A stretch of 43,550 nt of DNA from Hyphomicrobiales bacterium (GTDB taxonomy: Bacteria > Pseudomonadota > Alphaproteobacteria > Rhizobiales > Hyphomicrobiaceae): contig JANOJW010000182.1 of the NCBI GenBank assembly GCA_031418955.1, forward strand, positions 1 to 43,550, written 5' to 3'. Of this stretch, positions 37,312-43,550 are shown one piece after another; within the stretch, counting starts at the first letter, position 1, and each line of letters begins with the position of its first letter. The position numbers and the translations under genes are program-made. Below the pieces are notes generated by a model that did no database searches, was not told the DNA's origin, and saw only the letters and a list, made by a program, of their open reading frames with translations.

Positions 37312-38487
37312 TCACGTCGTCAGCAGGCCCTCGGGCGTCGCGAAGCCCTGCATGCTGCGGATGCGCTTGTCGAGCCACCAGCCGTACTCCTCCGGCCACT
37401 CCTCGAAGCGCCTGTTGAGGCCCATCTGATGCGACCAGTGCAGTGCGAGGTTGGGATTGTACTGCGCCTGTCGGCCGATCGCGATCAGATCCGCCTCACC
37501 CTTCTGCAGGATCGCCTCGGCCTGATGGGGATCGAGGATCAGGCCGACGGCCATGGTCGCAATGCCGCTTTCAGCCTTGGCGCGAGCCGCGAACGGCACC
37601 TGGAAACCGGGCGCGCGCGTCACCGGGGCCGCCGTCGCCGAGCCCATCAGGCCGCCCGACGAGCAGTCGAGCACGTCGACGCCGCGCGCCTTGAGCTCCC
37701 GCGCCAGCACCACGGTGTCGTCCATGTTCCATCCCTCCACCGTGCCATCCACCGAGGAGCAGCGGAAAAACAGCGGCATATCGTCGGGGATCACCGCCCG
37801 CACCGCCTCGGTGACCTCGAGCGGGAAGCGCATGCGGCCCTTGATGCCGCCGCCGTACTGGTCGTTGCGCTTGTTGGAGACGGGCGAGAGGAACTCCGCG
37901 ATCAGGTAGCCGTGCGCGCCGTGGATCTCGACGATGTCGAAGCCCGCACGCACGGCGCGGGCTGCGGCGGCAGCGAACGTGCCGACCATGTCGACGACCT
38001 CGGACGTCGACAGCTGGTGCGGCATCGGCCATTCCGGTCCGATCTGGACGGCGGACGGCGCCACCGGCTGCCAGCCGAAGCGGCCGCGCCGGCGATCGGC
38101 CTCGGTGAGCGCGGAGTTGCCCTCCATGGCCGTCTGCATGCCGGCCTTGCGTCCGCCGTGCGCGAGTTGGACGGCCATTGCCGCGCCCTCTTCATGCGCG
38201 AGCTCGATGAGCAGGCGGAACGATTGCGTCTGCGCTTCGTTGAACAGGCACAGGTCGGAGTTCGACACCATGCCGCGCTGCTCGATGGCGGTTGCTTCCG
38301 TGAAGACGAGGCCGAAACCGCCGAGCGCATAGCGGCCCAGGTGCACGGTGTGGAAGGGCCCGCACACGCCGTCGTGCGAACGGTAATGGATCATCGGCGC
38401 GACGACGAGCCGGTTTTTCAGGGTCAGGCCGCGGATGGTCATCGGCTGGTAGAGCCGCGGGCGCGTCGTCTTGATCTCGGCGGTCAT
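37312..38487 (-). CDS. NADH:flavin oxidoreductase, Old Yellow Enzyme family
   Basis: LKNRLVVAPM, ...QLAHGGRK..., GFDIVEIHGAHGYLIAEFLSPVSNKRNDQYGG, ...DLIAIGR... are OYE motifs. Start is ATG 38487. Confidence 0.85.
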   Translation of the reverse strand: MTAEIKTTRPRLYQPMTIRGLTLKNRLVVAPMIHYRSHDGVCGPFHTVHLGRYALGGFGLVFTEATAIEQRGMVSNSDLCLFNEAQTQSFRLLIELAHEEGAAMAVQLAHGGRKAGMQTAMEGNSALTEADRRRGRFGWQPVAPSAVQIGPEWPMPHQLSTSEVVDMVGTFAAAAARAVRAGFDIVEIHGAHGYLIAEFLSPVSNKRNDQYGGGIKGRMRFPLEVTEAVRAVIPDDMPLFFRCSSVDGTVEGWNMDDTVVLARELKARGVDVLDCSSGGLMGSATAAPVTRAPGFQVPFAARAKAESGIATMAVGLILDPHQAEAILQKGEADLIAIGRQAQYNPNLALHWSHQMGLNRRFEEWPEEYGWWLDKRIRSMQGFATPEGLLTT

Positions 38488-38683
38488 CAGGCAGTCCCCG
38501 TAACGCGCCACTGGCATGGCCTCTGGTGTTCGTCGAAGCGGCCAAAGTGGACGCCCGGCTCAAGGCCGGTCAAGCCCTGGGTGTGAAGGTCCTGTGTGTG
38601 AAGGCGCGCGCTTGACTTCTGCCCCGTCGAAGCCGGACGTTGGACCCCTGAGCCCGCTACGGCAGTCAAACCAAGGACATCGC

Positions 38684-39229
38684 ATGGCCCGCGTCCCCAT
38701 CATCAAATCCCCCGGCGAACTGACCGGCGAGGCCCGCCGCATCGCGGACAGCATCGTCGACACGCGCAAGTCGCTGGAAGGTCCCTTCTCGGTTTGGATG
38801 CATGCGCCGGAGTGGGCCGAGCGCGTCGCCCATCTGGGATCGCTGGTTCGCTTCAAGGGGACGCTGGAGCCGCGGCTTCGCACGCTCGCCGCCCTGGTCG
38901 TCGGCCGTCATTTCCAAGCCCAATATGTGTGGGGCATCCAGGGCGTGATCGGCGCCGAGCGGGGCATTCCCCGCCCGACCATCGACGCCATCCGTGACGA
39001 TCGTTCCGATGGCATTGCCGCCGATGACCTGCAGATCATCGACTTCACCCGGCAATTGCTGCGCCGCAACCGTATCGAAGAACCCTTGGCGCAGGCGGTC
39101 ATGGCGCGCCTCGGCGCCGACAATTACGTGCAGCTGACCACCTGCATCGGCTACTACGCGATGCTGGCGATGACGGTGAACGGCGCCGAACTGCCGCCGA
39201 ACCCGAGCCACGAAGCCTTGAAGGTTTGA
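38684..39229 (+). CDS. carboxymuconolactone decarboxylase (AhpD-like) family protein
   Basis: AAGGA RBS and ATG 38684. A ~180-aa helical protein whose ...RLRTLAALVVGRHFQAQYVWGIQ... pattern resembles the CMD family. This is a moderate call. Confidence 0.55.
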   Translation: MARVPIIKSPGELTGEARRIADSIVDTRKSLEGPFSVWMHAPEWAERVAHLGSLVRFKGTLEPRLRTLAALVVGRHFQAQYVWGIQGVIGAERGIPRPTIDAIRDDRSDGIAADDLQIIDFTRQLLRRNRIEEPLAQAVMARLGADNYVQLTTCIGYYAMLAMTVNGAELPPNPSHEALKV

Positions 39230-39310
39230 TGGAAAGCGGACCCGCACCCCCTCACCATTGATTTGCCGGAATTTCCGCCCCATGTCAGGCAGGGCTCGGA
39301 GGGTCCGGTC

Positions 39311-40687
39311 ATGGTCATGTGTAGGCTGAAGGTTCGGCACGCGCTCCTCGTCGGCGCCAGCCTTTTTACACCGGCGCTGTTCGCACCGACCGCCGGCTAC
39401 GGGCAAGCGGCGGATCGCGATGGCATCGGCGATCTGCTGCGCCGCGGCGAGGAGCGCCCTCGACTGGCCCAGCAGACCCCGGCGAAGAAGCAGGCACCAC
39501 CGGCCGCCACACCTGCGCCGCAGACGGCCCCGCCGCCAACCGCTGCGCCGCCAACTGAACCGGCGAAAGACCCGCGCGAGGGCGACCAGGCCTTCGAGCA
39601 GGCCCAGCGCCTGATGAAGGCCGTCGACGCCATCCTTCAGGACACCGCGAAGAACCGGGGCGAGGCCCGCAAGCTGCCCTCCGACAAGGATTTCATCCTG
39701 AAACCCTTGTGGACGGAGTCCAAAGAGGACCGCGAGAAGAAGATCAAGGAGCTGATGGACGCCGCACTCGGCATCGTCACCGATGTCCCGGTGGTCGATA
39801 TCCAGAAGCGCATCGAGACGCACAAGAAGAGCATTCGCGAGCTCGACGACCGCATCGTCCGACTGCGCGAGAAGCAACTCATCGCGCCTAAAGACGGCAT
39901 GCTGCCGGGCCTCATCACCGACACCGTCGACAGCCTGGGCAAGGACATCGAGGAGTCCAAGAAGCGCATCGACGGCAACAAGGACGAGATCGGCCGGGCC
40001 AAGGGCGAAGTGCGCGAGGCTCTCACCAAGAGCGGCGTGCAGATGTCGCAGGATCAGGTCGATCTGCTGCTCGACGGCGTGTTGTCGGGTGATCTCGTGC
40101 GGCTCGTCGCCGTGTTCAACTCGGCGAAAGCGATCGACGCGCAGCTCGGCAAGCTGATGACGCAGTCGGGCGAGAACGTGGGCGCGGCGCGCAAGTACTT
40201 CGCCATGCACGCGGCGCTGTTTGCGATCCTGGTGCACTCGCAGACCGGGCTCATCGACAAGATCGACAAGCAGTACCTGCCCAAGCTCGAGGCCATCGCC
40301 AAGGACGTCGAGGCCGCCCGCCGCAAGACACAGGACCTGCTCAAAGCTGAGAACCGGCCCGACCAGCGCCGCGCGCTCGAGGCCAACCGCGAGAGCCAGA
40401 AGCTCGCCGACGAGGCCGCCAAAGGCTATCGCCGTTATCTGATGCAGCAGCGCGAGCAGATCGCCAAGGCCCGCCAGCGCGCCATGCATGACCTGCGCAT
40501 CGCCGACAACACCTACGAGACGGTGGAGGCGAGCTTCCAGTTGCGCCAGCTGATGAAGGACAGCGCAACCTCGTTCGAGGCGATCCAGAAGCTCGAGGCG
40601 CCGACCTTCGAGCAGATCTTCCGCAACGAGGAGCTGCGCCGCGAGTTCGAGAACATCACGAGGAAGCTCGACGGCCCGACGAGCTGA
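39311..40687 (+). CDS. secreted coiled-coil hypothetical protein with a Pro/Ala-rich linker
   Basis: GGAGGG RBS and ATG 39311. Signal-like N-terminus (MVMCRLKVRHALLVGASLFTPALFAPTAGYGQA), a PA-rich tract, then a ~350-aa charged heptad-like helical region. Confidence 0.6.
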   Translation: MVMCRLKVRHALLVGASLFTPALFAPTAGYGQAADRDGIGDLLRRGEERPRLAQQTPAKKQAPPAATPAPQTAPPPTAAPPTEPAKDPREGDQAFEQAQRLMKAVDAILQDTAKNRGEARKLPSDKDFILKPLWTESKEDREKKIKELMDAALGIVTDVPVVDIQKRIETHKKSIRELDDRIVRLREKQLIAPKDGMLPGLITDTVDSLGKDIEESKKRIDGNKDEIGRAKGEVREALTKSGVQMSQDQVDLLLDGVLSGDLVRLVAVFNSAKAIDAQLGKLMTQSGENVGAARKYFAMHAALFAILVHSQTGLIDKIDKQYLPKLEAIAKDVEAARRKTQDLLKAENRPDQRRALEANRESQKLADEAAKGYRRYLMQQREQIAKARQRAMHDLRIADNTYETVEASFQLRQLMKDSATSFEAIQKLEAPTFEQIFRNEELRREFENITRKLDGPTS

Positions 40688-40710
40688 GAGCGGAGTCTAC
40701 GGCGTCATCG

Positions 40711-40831
40711 AGGCCAGAATGGGGACAGGCCAGAATGGGGACAGTTTGAATTTGATGTGACGAGGCGACGAGAATGGGCAGGGCAGAGATGCCCAAGCAG
40801 GAGGAGGCGAAAAATTCAAACTGTCCCCATT
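40711..40831. repeat. intergenic composite repeat: 16-bp tandem direct repeat plus a perfect 20-bp inverted repeat
   Basis: AGGCCAGAATGGGGAC occurs twice (40711-40726 and 40727-40742). AATGGGGACAGTTTGAATTT (40734-40753) has an exact reverse complement AAATTCAAACTGTCCCCATT (40812-40831), with a 58-nt spacer containing a degenerate GAGAATGGGCAGGG. Confidence 0.85.
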
Positions 40832-40859
40832 TCCGTTGGGACGACGAGCGCCGCGCCCC

Positions 40860-42794
<1,935 letters not shown>

Positions 42795-42923
42795 CGGAGC
42801 GGCTTTCGCAATGGACCGACGCGAAAAGGCCGCGCTGCCCCGGGAGTGATGACGCCGGGAGGCGGATTGGTCGGACTTCTAGGACTGGATCGCCGGTGGC
42901 TACCCGTGAAAAAGGACCATACC

Positions 42924-43550
42924 ATGACGAAGGTCGAGGATGGAGCAGCGTCGGCGCCCAACCCAACCCAAGCGACCGGACGAGCGACCAGGATTGGTGA
43001 CATGAGCGACGACAAGCCGGAATGCAATCCCTCGTCACTGGTGGGCATGCAGGCCGCGGCCCGCTCCTCTTTCGAGAGCCTGCGCGACAGGCTCTGCCAG
43101 GCCTTCGAAGAGCTGGAGGCGACGCTCCCCGCCGACGCACCGCGCCGCACCGATACGATCGGCCGCTTCGAGCGCAAACCTTGGGACCGGACCGATAGCA
43201 CGGGCAAGCCCGGCGGCGGCGGCGTCATGTCGATGATGGGTGGTCGCGTGTTCGAGAAGGTCGGCGTGCATACCTCGACGGTACACGGCGAGTTCGCGCC
43301 GGAGTTCCGCAAGCAGATCCCGGGCGCGGATGAGGACCCCCGTTTCTGGGCATCCGGCATCTCGGTGATCGCTCATTTGCAGAACCCGAACGTGCCGGCG
43401 GTGCATATGAACACGCGGTTCGTGGTGACGACGAAATGGTGGTTCGGCGGCGGCGCCGATCTGACCCCCACGCTGATGCAGCGGCGCACGCAGCAGGATC
43501 CCGACACGGTCGCGTTCCACGCCGCGATGCAGGCGGCCTGCACGCCGCAC
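42924..43550 (+). CDS. hemF: oxygen-dependent coproporphyrinogen III oxidase HemF (partial; runs off the window end)
   Basis: This is not in the ORF track because there is no stop in the window. Reading from ATG 42924 (AAGGA RBS) or ATG 43002 gives ...[10 protein letters not shown]...[28 protein letters not shown]...[30 protein letters not shown]...[11 protein letters not shown], the classic HemF motifs. Confidence 0.85.
   Translation, partial: MTKVEDGAASAPNPTQATGRATRIGDMSDDKPECNPSSLVGMQAAARSSFESLRDRLCQAFEELEATLPADAPRRTDTIGRFERKPWDRTDSTGKPGGGGVMSMMGGRVFEKVGVHTSTVHGEFAPEFRKQIPGADEDPRFWASGISVIAHLQNPNVPAVHMNTRFVVTTKWWFGGGADLTPTLMQRRTQQDPDTVAFHAAMQAACTPH

Noticed and set aside
38575-38610. Direct repeat GTGTGAAGG twice in the OYE/CMD divergent intergenic region, as a possible operator
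   Set aside because: It is only 9 bp long, with no dyad symmetry and no adjacent regulator gene. That is insufficient evidence.

Overview
This is a high-GC alphaproteobacterial chromosome segment. The Hyphomicrobiales/Bradyrhizobiaceae-like assignment is inferred only from protein motifs, with no database search. Most of the window is ordinary housekeeping DNA: malonyl-CoA decarboxylase, YpfJ, MsrA, SucA, Usp, 2-hydroxyacid dehydrogenase, HflK/HflC/DUF2065, MFS transporter, ProA, YceD, a ubiquinol-cytochrome c chaperone-like protein, BamE, HisH/DUF2628, the alpha-2-macroglobulin/PBP1C pair, an OYE reductase/crotonase operon, an ABC exporter and a partial HemF. I found no CRISPR array, rRNA, intact tRNA, intact mobile element or recognisable defence or biosynthetic cluster, and I cannot point to a clearly novel multi-gene system.

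The observations most worth a second look are:
- The left ~2.6 kb is a visibly lower-GC scar. It holds a 5'-truncated, twice-frameshifted PAS/HWE histidine kinase, an orphan tRNA 3'-end fragment and a dead IS3 remnant, which looks like a genomic-island boundary.
- sucA carries an in-frame TAG inside a 30-nt hypermutated patch of its most conserved motif, and it stands alone without sucB or sucCD.
- A compact three-gene module encodes a small Cys-rich secreted protein, a prepilin peptidase and a GspG pseudopilin, with no other T2SS genes nearby.
- An intergenic element carries a perfect 20-bp inverted repeat and four copies of an AATGGGGACAG-like motif.
- Two ~47-nt palindromic units in the sucA leader differ by compensatory stem changes.
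- Other items include short in-frame or terminal tandem duplications (pbpC, usp), lineage-specific insertions (HflK, ABC NBD), tandem paralogous membrane proteins, and several uncharacterised proteins.

All disruptive lesions cluster in the first ~10.5 kb. All homology calls come from motif recognition by eye.
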